Made by a program: the position numbers and the translations under genes. A DNA stretch of 64,000 nucleotides, from contig CBDDCK010000005.1 in NCBI GenBank assembly GCA_965225855.1, positions 384,001 through 448,000 of the forward strand. Direction: 5' to 3'. Positions 51,373-63,867 of this stretch are shown piece by piece (position 1 is the first letter of the stretch; every line of letters starts with the position of its first letter). The notes below the pieces were generated by a model that saw only the letters and a program-made list of their open reading frames with translations, was not told where the DNA came from and did no database searches. This DNA comes from Spirochaetia bacterium. GTDB taxonomy: Bacteria; Spirochaetota; Spirochaetia; SP-2023.

Positions 51373-52305
51373 TTATTGCTCTTCTGCAGTTGCATCAGGT
51401 GCATCTTGAGTCTCAGTTTCTTGCGCAGAACCACCAGACACACTAGTATCCCAGATTTCTTGTATACGTCTAGGTATTGCCAAACTTTTACCATCATAAA
51501 AATTAGAATAAGTATCCAAGGTTACTTGCATCTGGTCAAAGTAAATATAGAAATTATCCACACGTTCATAAGGGTTTGTACGCACTACAAATTTCACAAA
51601 TTTCAAACGATAGTCTTGTAAGCTGTAACGACTATTTTGAGAAATATTATTGGGAACATTTGAAGCCATTTTGTGCCAACCATTAAACAACAGACTACCC
51701 GCACCATATTGCTGACGATTAATTCCTGAAACAACTCGCATCGGCAATACATGTGTTACACCTTTGAAATCTTGTACATGCATTTCAATTGTATAATCAT
51801 AGTTCGCACCCCAAACCCAAATATTGATGTTTTTAATACGGCCTGGCAAGTCTTCTTCTGATAGAGGCAATGGTTGAGGTTTCCATTTACCATCGATATC
51901 AACACCTACATAAACAGAAAAATAATTATAACCTTGACGATCAAACTTAACACGCACACCATAAACATTTTTCTTATTAGCTTCTGGTGGATCCTGACCA
52001 AAGAGATCGATTGGCCAATTATTGATATATTGTCCGATAGGAAAGCCTTCTGTTGCATAACGACTAGCTAAAGAATTACCAACACGCCAAACAACAGGCT
52101 CACCGGAAATATTTTTATTTTGAATACTCCCATCTTTTTGCAATATTCTTGCAGTTGTCCCTTTGGGAAATTTACTTATACCTCTACCATCAAACGTCTC
52201 TACTACAACATTTTCATAAAGAGGGTCCTGCTCAGCCCAAATAAACGCCCCCCCACTCAATAAGAAAACTGTAGTCGCAAACAGAATAGATACAGCTTGC
52301 TTCAT
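51373..52305 (-). CDS. flaA: Flagellar filament outer-layer (sheath) protein FlaA
   Basis: Signal peptide, FDRQGYN, IWVWGANYDY, LLFNGW, RTNPYERVDNFYIYFD. Confidence 0.9.
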   Translation of the reverse strand: MKQAVSILFATTVFLLSGGAFIWAEQDPLYENVVVETFDGRGISKFPKGTTARILQKDGSIQNKNISGEPVVWRVGNSLASRYATEGFPIGQYINNWPIDLFGQDPPEANKKNVYGVRVKFDRQGYNYFSVYVGVDIDGKWKPQPLPLSEEDLPGRIKNINIWVWGANYDYTIEMHVQDFKGVTHVLPMRVVSGINRQQYGAGSLLFNGWHKMASNVPNNISQNSRYSLQDYRLKFVKFVVRTNPYERVDNFYIYFDQMQVTLDTYSNFYDGKSLAIPRRIQEIWDTSVSGGSAQETETQDAPDATAEEQ

Positions 52306-52440
52306 ATAAACTCCTTTTCAGCTTTGTCTAACTATTTTGACAAAAAATGCCATTAGCTAAGGTATCGTATCGAACGATAAAAAACTTTACAAAGTATTTT
52401 CACGAAAGCAAAATATTTTTCATATTTTGCTTTTACTATA

Positions 52441-55400
52441 TCAATAGGCGGAAACAGGCAACAAATCTTGTAAAGCCACAATCTGGATTTTATTTTTATA
52501 GTACCAACTGATAGCTTTAACTAAAGCTTTTGCTCCGTTCAAAGTAGTTGTATAGGGAATATTATGAGCTACAGCAATTTGGCGAATTTTGCGGTATTCA
52601 CTGCTATGCGCTTCATTGTTTGCAGTCTGATTCAAAATTAAAGAAACTTGGCCATCAATAATCATATCCAATACATCAGGCCTCTCTGCACCTACAAAAG
52701 GCACAGAATAAAATTCTATGCTTTCAAACATTTTTTCGATTTCTTGCGTAGCTAGTAGGCCAACACACAACCCTAATTCGTACAACGATTGAGCCAATTC
52801 CTGCCACAATTGCAGATGTTCTCGATCTTGAAGAACAAACAAAATTAAGCCATTTTTTTCTTTTTTCGGCAAATGCTGATCACCGGCCAAATAAGCTTTA
52901 CAAAAAGCTTCAGCAAAAGTCTTACTGAGCCCCATCACCTCTCCTGTCGATTTCATTTCCGGCCCTAAAATAGTCGTAGATTCAGGAAAGCGGCGGAAAG
53001 GCAAAACAACCTCTTTTATCGCATAGTGTGGCACATTGAACTTCGTCAAAACATCAGGCGACAATAATTCGTCTAACGTCTTCCCCACCATAACCTGAGC
53101 TCCAATTTTAGCAACAGGCAAACCAGTCGCTTTAGCAACAAACGGGGTAGTACGGCTAGCCCGTGGATTCACTTCTAACAAAAAAATCTCGCTAACAGAC
53201 TCTTCACAAGTCAAAGCAAACTGTATATTGATTAGACCTTCCACTTTTAATTTCAAAGCCAATTTTTCAACAATCGTTCGTACTTGGGCTAAAGTTTCTT
53301 CCGCAATAGAAAATGGAGGCAGTGAACACGCCGAATCACCCGAATGAATACCCGCTTCTTCAATATGTTCCATAATTCCAGCAATATAAACTTTTCTCCC
53401 ATCGCAAATAGCATCAACATCTAATTCTGTAGCCATTTCTAAATAAGAGTCTATTAATAAAGGGCCTACATTATAATCAATTTGTGCTGTAGCTAAATAA
53501 TCCACCAATTCCTTCTCAGAATGCAAAATACGCATCTTCGTGCCACCCAAAACAAAACTGGGCCTTACCAAAACCGGATAACCTAAAGCACGGGCCACTT
53601 CACAAGCTTTTTCTTTGTTTATAGCTGTACCGTGCGGAGCTTGCTTTATTCCCAAACTTGAAAGCAATTTACTAAATTCTTCACGATCTTCTGTCAAATT
53701 TATAATCTGTGGCGATGGCCCCAATAGCCGAACCCCAGCGGCTTCAAGCCCCTTAGCTAATTTCAACGGTGTCTGACCACCATATTGCACAATAACCCCT
53801 TTTAGTTTCCCACGTTTTTGTTCAGTCGCCACAATATCTAACACATATTCCAGTTCAATTGGCTCAAAATACAATCGATCCGCAATATCATAATCAGTCG
53901 AAACCGTTTCTGGATTACAATTGATGATAATAACTTCATAGCCCAAACGTTGTAGGCCAAAAATCCCTTGCACACAGACATAATCAAATTCAATCCCCTG
54001 ACCAATGCGATTGGGACCACTACCCAAAATAATAACTTTTTCGCGCTCACTGGGGTTGGCCTCACAATACAACAAGACTGGTTTCACTCCTGCTATTTGT
54101 TGAACGTGTTGAAAACGCTGTTCCCAACTGCTATAAAAATATGGCGTACTGCTAGCAAATTCAGCAGCACAAGTATCAATGCATTTATAAATACGCTCTA
54201 AACCTAACTTGCAATACAGCTGACGCAATTCACCAAGGTCAATGCCCCAAAGTTGGGCAATATAATTCTGGCTAAAGCCTTGTTGCGCACAGCGTAATAG
54301 TAAAGCAGTATCGAAAGGCTTTTTCTGTAGTTCCCGTTCCATAACGACAAAGCTAGCCAATTGTTCCAAATACCATCGATCAAAATGCGTTACTCGATGA
54401 ATATGCTCCAAACTAATACCTTCACGAATGGCTTGCACAATATTTAACAAACGCTCTGGCAAAAGTTTAGCTAAAGTATTGAGAATCTCTTCTTCCGGCT
54501 GACCTTTCAAAGAAACTTGCTCACTAAGAGTAATATGGCCTTCTTCCAAAGATTGATAAGCCTTCTGCAAACTTTCGAGGAAATTGCGGCCAATAGCCAT
54601 TACCTCACCCACAGCCTTCATCGAAGAACCTAAATTGCGGGGGCTTTCGGGGAATTTTTCAAAATTAAAACGCGGAATTTTGGTTACAACATAATCGAAA
54701 GTCGGCTCAAAAGAAATTGGGGTTACTCCTGTACAAGAATTGGGAATTTGTTCCAAGGTGTAACCAACTGCCAACAAAGCCGCAACCTTAGCTATGGGGA
54801 AGCCTGTTGCTTTACTAGCCAACGCCGATGAACGAGAAACACGGGGGTTCATTTCAATTACCATCAATTCACCATTTGCTGGGTTCAAAGCAAATTGGAC
54901 ATTTGAACCACCCGTCTCAACCCCTACAGCACGTAAAATGGCAAAAGCGGCATCTCTCATTTGCTGAAATTCTTTATCCGTAAGCGTTAATGCCGGTGCT
55001 ACCGTAATACTATCCCCAGTATGAACACCCATCGGATCAACATTTTCAATGGAACACACAATAATACAATTGTCATTTTTATCACGCACGACTTCCAGCT
55101 CATACTCTTTCCAACCCAACAATGATTGATCAATTTGCACTTGATGAGCAGGTGAGGTAGCTAAACCATTGCGTACAATCTGTTCAAACTCTTCATGATT
55201 ATAAGCCACTCCGCCACCATTACCACCTAAAGTAAAAGAAGGGCGAATAATCGCTGGCAAACCAACAAATTCCAAGGCATTACAAGCTTCATCAAAACTT
55301 TGAACAACTGTATTTTTGGGAGTTCTCAAACCTATTTTACGAATTAAATTATCAAATAATTGCCGATCTTCTGCTTTGCGAATCGCTTCAATCGAGATCC

Positions 55401-55794
55401 CAATGAGCTTACAATTATATCGCTGTAAAATACCCAATTGATCCAATTCTATCGCACAATTGAGCGCAGTCTGGCCACCCAAAGTTGCCAAGACCGCCTC
55501 TATTTTTTCTATTACAATAATTTGCTCGACAATTTCTGGGGTAATCGGCTCTACATAAGTGCGATGCGCCAAATCCGGGTCGGTCATAATTGTTGCCGGA
55601 TTAGAATTAATAAGAACAACACGAAAACCAACTTCCTTTAACGTTCGACAAGCTTGAGAACCAGAGTAGTCAAATTCACAAGCTTGGCCAATAACAATCG
55701 GACCTGCCCCAATTACCAAAATATTTTGGAAATCCACGGGCGCAAGAGGAAGCTCTGCTAAAGAATTAGCGAAATTCAATTGCTCAAAAGCCAT
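52441..55794 (-). CDS. carB: Carbamoyl-phosphate synthase large subunit
   Basis: [62 protein letters not shown] domain. Confidence 0.97.
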   Translation of the reverse strand: MAFEQLNFANSLAELPLAPVDFQNILVIGAGPIVIGQACEFDYSGSQACRTLKEVGFRVVLINSNPATIMTDPDLAHRTYVEPITPEIVEQIIVIEKIEAVLATLGGQTALNCAIELDQLGILQRYNCKLIGISIEAIRKAEDRQLFDNLIRKIGLRTPKNTVVQSFDEACNALEFVGLPAIIRPSFTLGGNGGGVAYNHEEFEQIVRNGLATSPAHQVQIDQSLLGWKEYELEVVRDKNDNCIIVCSIENVDPMGVHTGDSITVAPALTLTDKEFQQMRDAAFAILRAVGVETGGSNVQFALNPANGELMVIEMNPRVSRSSALASKATGFPIAKVAALLAVGYTLEQIPNSCTGVTPISFEPTFDYVVTKIPRFNFEKFPESPRNLGSSMKAVGEVMAIGRNFLESLQKAYQSLEEGHITLSEQVSLKGQPEEEILNTLAKLLPERLLNIVQAIREGISLEHIHRVTHFDRWYLEQLASFVVMERELQKKPFDTALLLRCAQQGFSQNYIAQLWGIDLGELRQLYCKLGLERIYKCIDTCAAEFASSTPYFYSSWEQRFQHVQQIAGVKPVLLYCEANPSEREKVIILGSGPNRIGQGIEFDYVCVQGIFGLQRLGYEVIIINCNPETVSTDYDIADRLYFEPIELEYVLDIVATEQKRGKLKGVIVQYGGQTPLKLAKGLEAAGVRLLGPSPQIINLTEDREEFSKLLSSLGIKQAPHGTAINKEKACEVARALGYPVLVRPSFVLGGTKMRILHSEKELVDYLATAQIDYNVGPLLIDSYLEMATELDVDAICDGRKVYIAGIMEHIEEAGIHSGDSACSLPPFSIAEETLAQVRTIVEKLALKLKVEGLINIQFALTCEESVSEIFLLEVNPRASRTTPFVAKATGLPVAKIGAQVMVGKTLDELLSPDVLTKFNVPHYAIKEVVLPFRRFPESTTILGPEMKSTGEVMGLSKTFAEAFCKAYLAGDQHLPKKEKNGLILFVLQDREHLQLWQELAQSLYELGLCVGLLATQEIEKMFESIEFYSVPFVGAERPDVLDMIIDGQVSLILNQTANNEAHSSEYRKIRQIAVAHNIPYTTTLNGAKALVKAISWYYKNKIQIVALQDLLPVSAY

Positions 55795-57068
55795 TCACAT
55801 TTTTCCATCAAACGAATAAAATCATCAAACAAATACACACTATCATGAGGCCCCGGCGAAGATTCAGGATGATATTGCACAGAAAATGCCGGATATTTTC
55901 GGCTGCGAATACCTTCAATACAAAAATCGAATAATGAACGATGAGTTATTTCTACATCTTCCGGTAAAGAACTTTCTTCAATACAAAATCCGTGGTTCTG
56001 CGAAGTGATTTCTACTTCATTGCGTAAAATATTCAAAACAGGATGATTAGAGCCCCTATGCCCATGATGCATATGTATCGTTTTGGCTCCCAAACTCAAA
56101 GCCAATATTTGATGTCCCAAACAAATACCAAAAATCGGCAATCGAGCAGCAAATGCTTGCTCTAAAATAACGGCAATTTTATGGTAAACAGGCTCTGGGT
56201 CTCCTGGCCCATTAGACAAAAATAAACCGTCTGGTTGAAGAGCTACTATTTTTTCCCAACTGCTTTCATAAGACAATACTGTAACAGTCGTAACAAAATG
56301 TTTTAACGAACGAAGGATATTTTCTTTAATACCAAAATCTAACACCACAACATGGAGATTTGCAATTCTAGCACACTCTTTGTCTATGTCTGGCGTTTGT
56401 AAAAGATTTTTCTGCTCCAGCGGTAACCATTCTAAAAATAACGAACCGTGATATTTTCCTACTGGATAACGAGATATTTGAGAAACAACATTTTGACCGC
56501 TCATCACCGGGCTATCTTGCAGATGCCGCAACAACATAGTAATAGCCTTGGATTTTAATTCATTATCATCAAATAGGTTTTGCTCCAACGTCCCCAATAA
56601 AGCCCGCTTTGAACCATGCTGACGCAAATAAATAATCAACGCACGCGTATCGATACCACTAATACCACTAATATGGTGTTTTTCTAACCATTGTTGCAAA
56701 GTCTTTCCACTGCGCCAATTAGATGGATTCGTTGGATATTCACGGCTAATCATAGCCAATGCTTTTGGCACAACACATTCATTATCTTCAGCATTACAGC
56801 CTACATTACCAATGTGTGGAAAACTAAAGCAAATCATCTGCCCAGCATATGAAGGGTCGCTGAGAACTTCTTGATAACCTGCCATACTGGTATTAAAACA
56901 CAATTCACCGCAAAGCCGGCTAACATCGGCTGCTAAAAAACCATTTACATCAATACAAATCTGATTGGAAAACCCAAAACTATGGCCTAGAAAAAAATGC
57001 CCATCCTCAAGCAATAATAGGCCCAGTAAATCCGACTCACAAGAATCTGATTTCTGCTTATTTTGCAT
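55776..57068 (-). CDS. carA: Carbamoyl-phosphate synthase small subunit
   Basis: [40 protein letters not shown]. Start uncertain (57068 or 57092). Confidence 0.96.
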   Translation of the reverse strand: MQNKQKSDSCESDLLGLLLLEDGHFFLGHSFGFSNQICIDVNGFLAADVSRLCGELCFNTSMAGYQEVLSDPSYAGQMICFSFPHIGNVGCNAEDNECVVPKALAMISREYPTNPSNWRSGKTLQQWLEKHHISGISGIDTRALIIYLRQHGSKRALLGTLEQNLFDDNELKSKAITMLLRHLQDSPVMSGQNVVSQISRYPVGKYHGSLFLEWLPLEQKNLLQTPDIDKECARIANLHVVVLDFGIKENILRSLKHFVTTVTVLSYESSWEKIVALQPDGLFLSNGPGDPEPVYHKIAVILEQAFAARLPIFGICLGHQILALSLGAKTIHMHHGHRGSNHPVLNILRNEVEITSQNHGFCIEESSLPEDVEITHRSLFDFCIEGIRSRKYPAFSVQYHPESSPGPHDSVYLFDDFIRLMEKCEWLLSN

Positions 57069-57389
57069 ATAATATATAAGAGTCCTTTTCAAAAGAGCCC
57101 ACTATAAAAAAACAGCACCAGCCCTTAAATTGGCCGCATTATATGAAATAATAACAATTCTTGCAACAAAACAAACTATAGCCTTATATTATATAAAAGC
57201 CAATAAATCAAACCTAAAGAAAAACTAGCTGCTATAATCAAAAGCACAAATGCTATACTGAAAAAACTATGTTGCAAGTTTTGTGAAAAACTTTTGGTAT
57301 TTTTGCCCTTAAAATCTTTACGTTTAGTCATAAATTTTCCAATTTCCCATAATTAAAATATTCAATATTTTTGCAATTCTCAAGTAAAA

Positions 57390-58406
57390 TTAACGGATTT
57401 TTAAATTGTAATCATTGAGGTTATAACTACCATCAACATATTTCTCAGCCACAGAAACCCGCACCGAATTTTTTACTTTATCTTGTAAATTGATTGTCCC
57501 CAGAAAAAAACGGCCTTCTTTCTCTCCCAAAATATAAAGGTCCTGCAAATCTCGATCATTGATACTTAACCGAGAATCAATATTATGAACTTGGTCGAAC
57601 AATTCACTGTATATTTTTTTGTTATCAATACTGATATTCAGCCTCAAAGGCGGGCCTTGTTTTAGCGGGAAACGAAAATTCAAATTATAAATACCACGCA
57701 GGACTTGGTCCGATTTTTTCATTGGCTGATTCTTTACAGTTTTATCCTCTAATTCAGTCAAAGTTACGGATTCAAGATAGAGCTCACTTGACTCCAAACT
57801 TTTATCAATACTAGGCATAATCAATTTAGGATTGATCACGGTTTGAAATTGAGTATCAAAAATTTCCATATATAAACGCGATACTGCTTTTTCCTGTTTA
57901 CCTGCTGCTTTTGTTTTTATTGGTTGTTTTTCATTTACAAACAAAAAATCATCGCTAGTAACTTGATAACTATCCTGTAATCGCAACGCTAAATTATCGC
58001 CCGAGTAACGAAACAAAAGTTTGTTGTGCTGCACGATAATAGTATTGTCAATATTTTGAGGAATGGGTCCCAGCATATTCCTAGCAGAACTAGTTTCAAA
58101 ATAAATAATTTCTCCAACATGATAAGGCTGAACAATTCCTTCTGCACCTTCTCCATTTTCAATATCAAACCAAATGCCTAAGCTAGGCAAAAATTTTTTT
58201 GCTATCGTCTGGTCATTTGAGGGGGGGCGAATTGTCAAAAAACCTTGGGTGATCTGCTTACTCGGTAGAGGCCATTGGTACGCAAATAATGGCCACATTA
58301 CAGATAATCCAGCTAATAATAAAAACAAGTATTTAGCCATTGTCCGACCGAACCATACAGACACTCTTTTTTTACAGTTTTTACTCTTAAAATATGGATT
58401 CATCAC
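57390..58406 (-). CDS. Hypothetical exported protein, possibly degenerate M23-like fold
   Basis: Signal peptide followed by YQWP...ITQGF and INP; lacks clear zinc motifs. Confidence 0.55.
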   Translation of the reverse strand: MMNPYFKSKNCKKRVSVWFGRTMAKYLFLLLAGLSVMWPLFAYQWPLPSKQITQGFLTIRPPSNDQTIAKKFLPSLGIWFDIENGEGAEGIVQPYHVGEIIYFETSSARNMLGPIPQNIDNTIIVQHNKLLFRYSGDNLALRLQDSYQVTSDDFLFVNEKQPIKTKAAGKQEKAVSRLYMEIFDTQFQTVINPKLIMPSIDKSLESSELYLESVTLTELEDKTVKNQPMKKSDQVLRGIYNLNFRFPLKQGPPLRLNISIDNKKIYSELFDQVHNIDSRLSINDRDLQDLYILGEKEGRFFLGTINLQDKVKNSVRVSVAEKYVDGSYNLNDYNLKIR

Positions 58407-59530
58407 AAATATTCTGTCCGATATGATGCAATTAAATTGTCTTGACCAAAATATATAATATCCTTTTTAACTTGCAACGAATAATTTTGGCCACGCAATT
58501 TTAATCGCAGTAATTCTCCTTGAGTGCCATGAACTGCAATTAAGTTACCACCTTCAGGCGAACCAAAAACAAAAAACTGAATGTTTAATTGTTCTCCTTG
58601 TTCGCCAAATTGATTTAAGAAACCGTCTTCACGGTAAAGCCGATGTTCTTTATAACCATAATCATACACAGCAAAACCTTGCGAACTATTATAAAACACG
58701 TAAAGGGAGTAATCGGAAAAACGCAGCCATTGTGAATTACGTAGCTGGTTGGGTAATTCTTTGGCATACTCAAATAAATAGGTCTCTTGCTGTTTCTTTA
58801 AAAACACAAAACGCTGTTGATCCAAACCCGCAATCAACGCTATATTTTGTGAATCTGGCGACAGTGCCCCACCATAAATGCTATTGATTCGGCTGCCAGA
58901 ACTAATATATTCATTATCCATTTTGCCATTTTTGTCGAGCAAAACAACACGTCCATTGACATACGAAACCAGAGTATCACCCATAACATTGTTGTCTAAA
59001 CTACTAATATATGGCAACAAATCGCTGCGCCACTCTTGGCTACCATTTCGGCTATAGCGGTATAGACTGTGGCTTTCATTGCTAAATTGATAAATATTAT
59101 CCTTAATAATAAAAGCATTGCCAACATCGAGGAAGCGGCCTATTTCTCTTCGGGCTATATCCCGAACCACGACATAATTGGGGATACTGCTAAAGTCTAA
59201 ATAAAAATCATTGCCCAAAATTTGGTAACTCAACGGCAAAGGTTGATTCAGTATATCATAGCTAAGCAAATTTAATTCCCAGTCATGGAAACCATAATAT
59301 CCACCCAAACGAAATGGTACAGCTAAACTAGAAATATCTTTTAAACCCAAAGTACCCGCTTGGGCATTCAGCTTACCAAACACATCAGGATAACTAGAGC
59401 CCACTTGATACTTGGATAAAAATAGCACCTTTTTAGGCTGGAAACTAATTTCTAACTCACCACTGCGGGGCAAAACAATTTCTAGCAAAAATACAACGAA
59501 AAGTAATAAAATAAATACATATTGGTTCAT
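58403..59530 (-). CDS. Hypothetical membrane-anchored beta-propeller-like protein
   Basis: N-terminal TM; GSQEWRSD and GSRINSIYGGALSPDSQNIALIAG resemble PQQ/WD40-like blades. Confidence 0.6.
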   Translation of the reverse strand: MNQYVFILLLFVVFLLEIVLPRSGELEISFQPKKVLFLSKYQVGSSYPDVFGKLNAQAGTLGLKDISSLAVPFRLGGYYGFHDWELNLLSYDILNQPLPLSYQILGNDFYLDFSSIPNYVVVRDIARREIGRFLDVGNAFIIKDNIYQFSNESHSLYRYSRNGSQEWRSDLLPYISSLDNNVMGDTLVSYVNGRVVLLDKNGKMDNEYISSGSRINSIYGGALSPDSQNIALIAGLDQQRFVFLKKQQETYLFEYAKELPNQLRNSQWLRFSDYSLYVFYNSSQGFAVYDYGYKEHRLYREDGFLNQFGEQGEQLNIQFFVFGSPEGGNLIAVHGTQGELLRLKLRGQNYSLQVKKDIIYFGQDNLIASYRTEYL

Positions 59531-59598
59531 AGATAACCTACATTAATGGTTTGCCCAGCGAAAGTCTAGCCCAATTGTTGCAACCACTCTTTCATTTA

Positions 59599-60342
59599 TT
59601 AAGGGAACTTAGCAGAAGTATTGAGTAAGCGTTCTTCTGCATCACTTTGGCGTAGATACAACGGCCCGTCTGACGCTTTCATAAAATTCTGTTTCTGATA
59701 TTGCTGGCTAGCTAGCTCCAACATACTCGCAGCTAGAGCAGCTTCATCAATTACAGCACAATGCTCTATGGATTCAATTTGACAACCCTGGGAAGCTAAT
59801 TCTTCCAAAAACATAGAGCTTCCGGGCCCAATAATACAAAGTTTGGCCAAGAAATCTGCATCGTAGTTTTCTTGCAATTCCCGATAAAGCTGCTGGCTAC
59901 TTAAATCTAACGATCTGTTTTTACGCCCTTCTATAAATAAACGTGCATAAAACCGGCGTTTGCGTCCATCAATCAATACGCATAAAGGCCGCTCTCCCAG
60001 ATAATCCTGGCCATAACACAACAAAAAGCTATGCCGCCAAATGACAAAAGTATCAAAACCTATCAAAGGCTTGTTCAACGCAAAACTTAGACCTTTGGCA
60101 AAAGACAACGAAATCCGTTGGCCGGTAAATGAACCAGGACCCAAATCCACAGCTAGGGCTTGTAAATCGCATAGCTCTAAGCCAGCTTTTTCCAAAAGTT
60201 GCTGGCACAAAGCCACCATTTGTTCATTGTGTTGAAAGCCTTGATTATAGGCTTGGGTAAATATTTTGCCATTTTGAACGGCGGCTAACAACAATTCATG
60301 GGCCCCGCTAAGTGCTAAAATTTTCTCTCTAAATTCTGTCAT
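59599..60342 (-). CDS. tsaB: tRNA threonylcarbamoyladenosine biosynthesis protein TsaB
   Basis: AVDLGPGSFTGQRI, IDGRK, PLYLRQSDAE; adjacent to tsaE. Confidence 0.9.
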   Translation of the reverse strand: MTEFREKILALSGAHELLLAAVQNGKIFTQAYNQGFQHNEQMVALCQQLLEKAGLELCDLQALAVDLGPGSFTGQRISLSFAKGLSFALNKPLIGFDTFVIWRHSFLLCYGQDYLGERPLCVLIDGRKRRFYARLFIEGRKNRSLDLSSQQLYRELQENYDADFLAKLCIIGPGSSMFLEELASQGCQIESIEHCAVIDEAALAASMLELASQQYQKQNFMKASDGPLYLRQSDAEERLLNTSAKFP

Positions 60343-60372
60343 TTTGCTACATAAACTACTATATTACAATTA

Positions 60373-61017
60373 TTAAGATAAGGTAATAATACGAATTTTG
60401 CGTAGAGTATCACCATCTTCAAGCATGGGCTCACCCAGCTCACCCATAGCCATAGATAGGATAACTTGGAAACACGGTAATGGCAGCCTTTCAGCTCCTT
60501 GAGTTTCTTGGGCTGCTTTAGTAGAAAACTTGGCAGCCCACTCTAAACGTTCTGGCCACTCTAACAGTGATACCCCCGGGCCATAAGTTCCTCCATTAAA
60601 CAAAATATCTTCACCACCGATTAAGTTAAACTCTTCACTATCGGCTAAACGATATAAATCAAAATGATAGAGCGGCACTGACTTTATTGGAGTGCTAGGG
60701 CTACTCTGACTATTTGGCACTTTTTGGGCTTGGTCTTGATATTCGAGCAATATAGGGAACGTTGGGCTTGGCAATGGCTCTGCGATACCCAGCCCCTGTG
60801 CAAAACCTTGGGCAAACACCGTTTTGCCCAATCCCACCTCTCCTTTGAGGAAAACAAGAACAGGAAAACAAGCTATGCTAAGCAATTTACTTGCCAAGCG
60901 GTAGCCTAGTGCTTTAGTAGCTTCTGGGCTATTACAAGCATGTAAAGCACTAAACAAATCATCGGTACTTGAACCTTCACAAAAGCCTTGCTCAATAGAA
61001 TTTTGCCTATAATCCAT
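60373..61017 (-). CDS. tsaE: tRNA threonylcarbamoyladenosine biosynthesis ATPase TsaE
   Basis: LKGEVGLGKT, SPTF, YHFDLYRL, LEWPE. Start set at the ATG at 61017. Confidence 0.92.
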   Translation of the reverse strand: MDYRQNSIEQGFCEGSSTDDLFSALHACNSPEATKALGYRLASKLLSIACFPVLVFLKGEVGLGKTVFAQGFAQGLGIAEPLPSPTFPILLEYQDQAQKVPNSQSSPSTPIKSVPLYHFDLYRLADSEEFNLIGGEDILFNGGTYGPGVSLLEWPERLEWAAKFSTKAAQETQGAERLPLPCFQVILSMAMGELGEPMLEDGDTLRKIRIITLS

Positions 61018-61444
61018 ATTCCACACCCATTTCCAAGAAAAGTTAATGAAAAACTGACTAAACCACAATAGGAATTGATAAACTCTTTTGTGCAAAAAAT
61101 CGCTTTGCTTTATTTAAGTCATTACTTGAGTTTTCTACAATAAATGGCGCTTAAATTGTTTGCTTCTCTGCGTCAATCCTCTAATCTTGCTCAAACTCAT
61201 AATCCAAACTATACCTAATCAAGGTAATACCATAAACTTAGGTAGAGTAAATATAGCAGACTTTTAGGTGAGATATTTTAGCCCTACTGAATTGGTTCTT
61301 ACAATACAAGGCGCAAACTACATAATAGCCGATTGAAGGAGAATAATTGTAACGGCGCACGCAAAATGAAACGACTATTGCTAGCCATAGTACCCACCCA
61401 AAAGGCCAGCAAGGCTTGGCCAAAGTTTATCTTGTTACAAAAAA

Positions 61445-61545
61445 TTCTTGTTAGTTATTAAGAGACTCTCTTGTTGGGCATTAAGAAATTCTGTTGTTGG
61501 GTATTAAGAGACTCTCTTATTGGGCATTAAGAAACTCTCTTAATT
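61445..61545 (-). repeat. ~23-bp tandem array downstream of lipoprotein copy 4
   Basis: Reverse-complement units aacaagagagtctcttaatgccc and variants; same family and same gene-relative orientation as 5025-5143. Confidence 0.88.
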
Positions 61546-61689
61546 TTTATGCCAACGTTTTAGCTTGGTTGTTTTGGCCTTGGTATTTTCTCCATACCAA
61601 GGCTATAATTGGCAAAAGCAGCCTTGATAAAAAACTTACCAAGGCTGCAATTGGCCAATGCAAGCGTTGCAACAACCAAACCCTACTTA

Positions 61690-63867
61690 CTAAGAATTAC
61701 TAAGAATATTTTTTAGGTCTGCTGTACTACCAGGTACAAATCCTGCTGCTGCTTCAAGGTTGTATAGACTAAAACGATCCTGCATTATAGCTTCGGCTTT
61801 CTGTTTTACACTACCGCTTAAAATAATCTTTAAGCCTTTTATAGCTGCTACAGTACCTGTGGCTCTGTTTTCACCTAAAGTTGAGTGCCGTGGTAATGTG
61901 TATCTCTTCTTACCATCACTGGATACAATCGTCAATTTGCTAAAGTCCCACTCTGCAATTGTTGTCGGTAAACCGCCACCATAAATAGTTAACTCGCCTG
62001 TATTAGCATTGTATGATGCGTTATTGATAAAACCTGCATAACCTCTAACGGTAATCGGGTTATTGCTTGTGTCTGCTATGTTACCACCTGCAAATCCTGC
62101 TGCTGCTTCCAGGTTGTATGCACCATTATTATCACGAACACCATCGTTAACCAGTATCTTCTCGGCTTCCGCTTTTACACTACCCGTTAAAAAAATCGCT
62201 AAGCCTCTTGCATTTGCTCCAGAACCTGTGGCTGTGTTTTCACCTGCAGTTGAGGAGCGCCGGGGTAATGTGAATCTCTTATTACCATCACCGGATACAA
62301 TCGTCAATTTGCTAAAGTCCCAGCCTGTAACTGCTGCTGGTAACCTGCTACCAAAAATAGATAACTCGCCTGTACTTACATTATAGGTTGCACTGGTAAT
62401 TGTGGGTTCAGGATTACCACTAACGGTAATAGGGTTGCTTGTGTCTGCTGCGCTACCACCTGCAAATCCTGCTGCTGCTTCCAGGTTGTATGCACCATTA
62501 TCATCACTATCACCATTCTTAACCAGTATCTTATTGGCTTCCGCTTTTACACTACCGCTTAAAATAATATTTAAGCCTGTTGCACTTGCTTTAAAACCTG
62601 AGGCTAGGTTTATACCTGCAGTTGAGTGCCGTGGTAATGTGTAGCTCTTACTACCATCACCGGATACAAGCGTCAATTTGCTAAAGTCCCAGCCTGTAAC
62701 TGCTGCTGGTAAATTAGTACCTGTAATCACTAACACGCCTGTATTAACATGGTAGGTTGCACGGGTAATTGTGGGTGGGTTTCCACTAACGGCTAAGGCT
62801 TTGGCTGTATCTAAACCCGCCCAAGTACCAGTGCTAGTAAGCAACCCATCTTTTAGACCATTGGTATTCATACCTGTCTTGCCATTCAGAGCATCTTTAT
62901 CGTCATCGGTAAGGTAAAGCCAAAGCGCTGTGCCATCGCCTTTAATACGGTACTTACCTTTTGCAAGACTGCGACTATCTGGCCCAGTGGCTGGATCATC
63001 TGCAATATAGGAACTTAAGGCTAGGCCATATACCGTGATGGTTTGGATTTGCGCTTGGGTCGCACTACCTAAGTGAGTACCTTGTACGGTTAACAGCGCC
63101 GTGCCAACATTGTAGCTTGCACCGGTAATTGCGGCTTTAGGCGACTCCTCTTCGACTTGTTCGTCTTTAGGTTGCTTAGGCGACTGCTCTTCGGTTTCAG
63201 TCTTAGACTGCTTATCTTCGACTTCTTCAGCTTGTTCGACTTGTTTGTCTTTAGGTTGCTTAGGCGATTGATCATCGACTTCTTCGGTTTGTTCGGCTTC
63301 GGGTAACTTAGGCGACTCTTGTTCAGCTTGTTCGACTTGTTCAGCTTGTTCAGTTTGCTTAGATGGCTGATTGTCATCGGATACTTTAGACTGCTTATTT
63401 TCGGGTACATTACTAACGTCCAAGTCTTTAGGTGTATTTAAACCTGCCCAAGCACCAGAGCTAGTAAGCAAGCCTTTTTTTAGACCATCGCTATCCATAC
63501 CGGGCTTGGCCTCAAGAACAGCTTTATCGTCATCGGTAAGTCTAAGCCAAAGCTCTGTGCCATCGCTTTTAATACGGTACTTACCTTGTTCAAGACCGTT
63601 ACTATTTACCCCAGTGGCTGGGTCATCTGCAGTATAGGAACTTAAGGCTACGCCATCTACTACGATGGTTTGGATTTGCGCTTCTGTAGGACTTAAGTCA
63701 GTACCTTGTACGGTTAACAGAGCCTTGCCAACATCGTAGATGGCGTTATTGATAGTCGGCTTAGACGGCCCAGAAGACGGCGCATCGTCATCGGGTGGTG
63801 CACAGGCCAAGGCCATAAAGGCCAGTAGCAGTGCTACAGGCCATAAAAATAGTTTGAGCTTATACAT
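61690..63867 (-). CDS. Surface lipoprotein family copy 4 (A-linker-A-B-B-B)
   Basis: Same RBS, signal peptide and lipobox; two A and three B domains; opposite orientation to copies 1-3. Confidence 0.9.
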   Translation of the reverse strand: MYKLKLFLWPVALLLAFMALACAPPDDDAPSSGPSKPTINNAIYDVGKALLTVQGTDLSPTEAQIQTIVVDGVALSSYTADDPATGVNSNGLEQGKYRIKSDGTELWLRLTDDDKAVLEAKPGMDSDGLKKGLLTSSGAWAGLNTPKDLDVSNVPENKQSKVSDDNQPSKQTEQAEQVEQAEQESPKLPEAEQTEEVDDQSPKQPKDKQVEQAEEVEDKQSKTETEEQSPKQPKDEQVEEESPKAAITGASYNVGTALLTVQGTHLGSATQAQIQTITVYGLALSSYIADDPATGPDSRSLAKGKYRIKGDGTALWLYLTDDDKDALNGKTGMNTNGLKDGLLTSTGTWAGLDTAKALAVSGNPPTITRATYHVNTGVLVITGTNLPAAVTGWDFSKLTLVSGDGSKSYTLPRHSTAGINLASGFKASATGLNIILSGSVKAEANKILVKNGDSDDNGAYNLEAAAGFAGGSAADTSNPITVSGNPEPTITSATYNVSTGELSIFGSRLPAAVTGWDFSKLTIVSGDGNKRFTLPRRSSTAGENTATGSGANARGLAIFLTGSVKAEAEKILVNDGVRDNNGAYNLEAAAGFAGGNIADTSNNPITVRGYAGFINNASYNANTGELTIYGGGLPTTIAEWDFSKLTIVSSDGKKRYTLPRHSTLGENRATGTVAAIKGLKIILSGSVKQKAEAIMQDRFSLYNLEAAAGFVPGSTADLKNILSNS

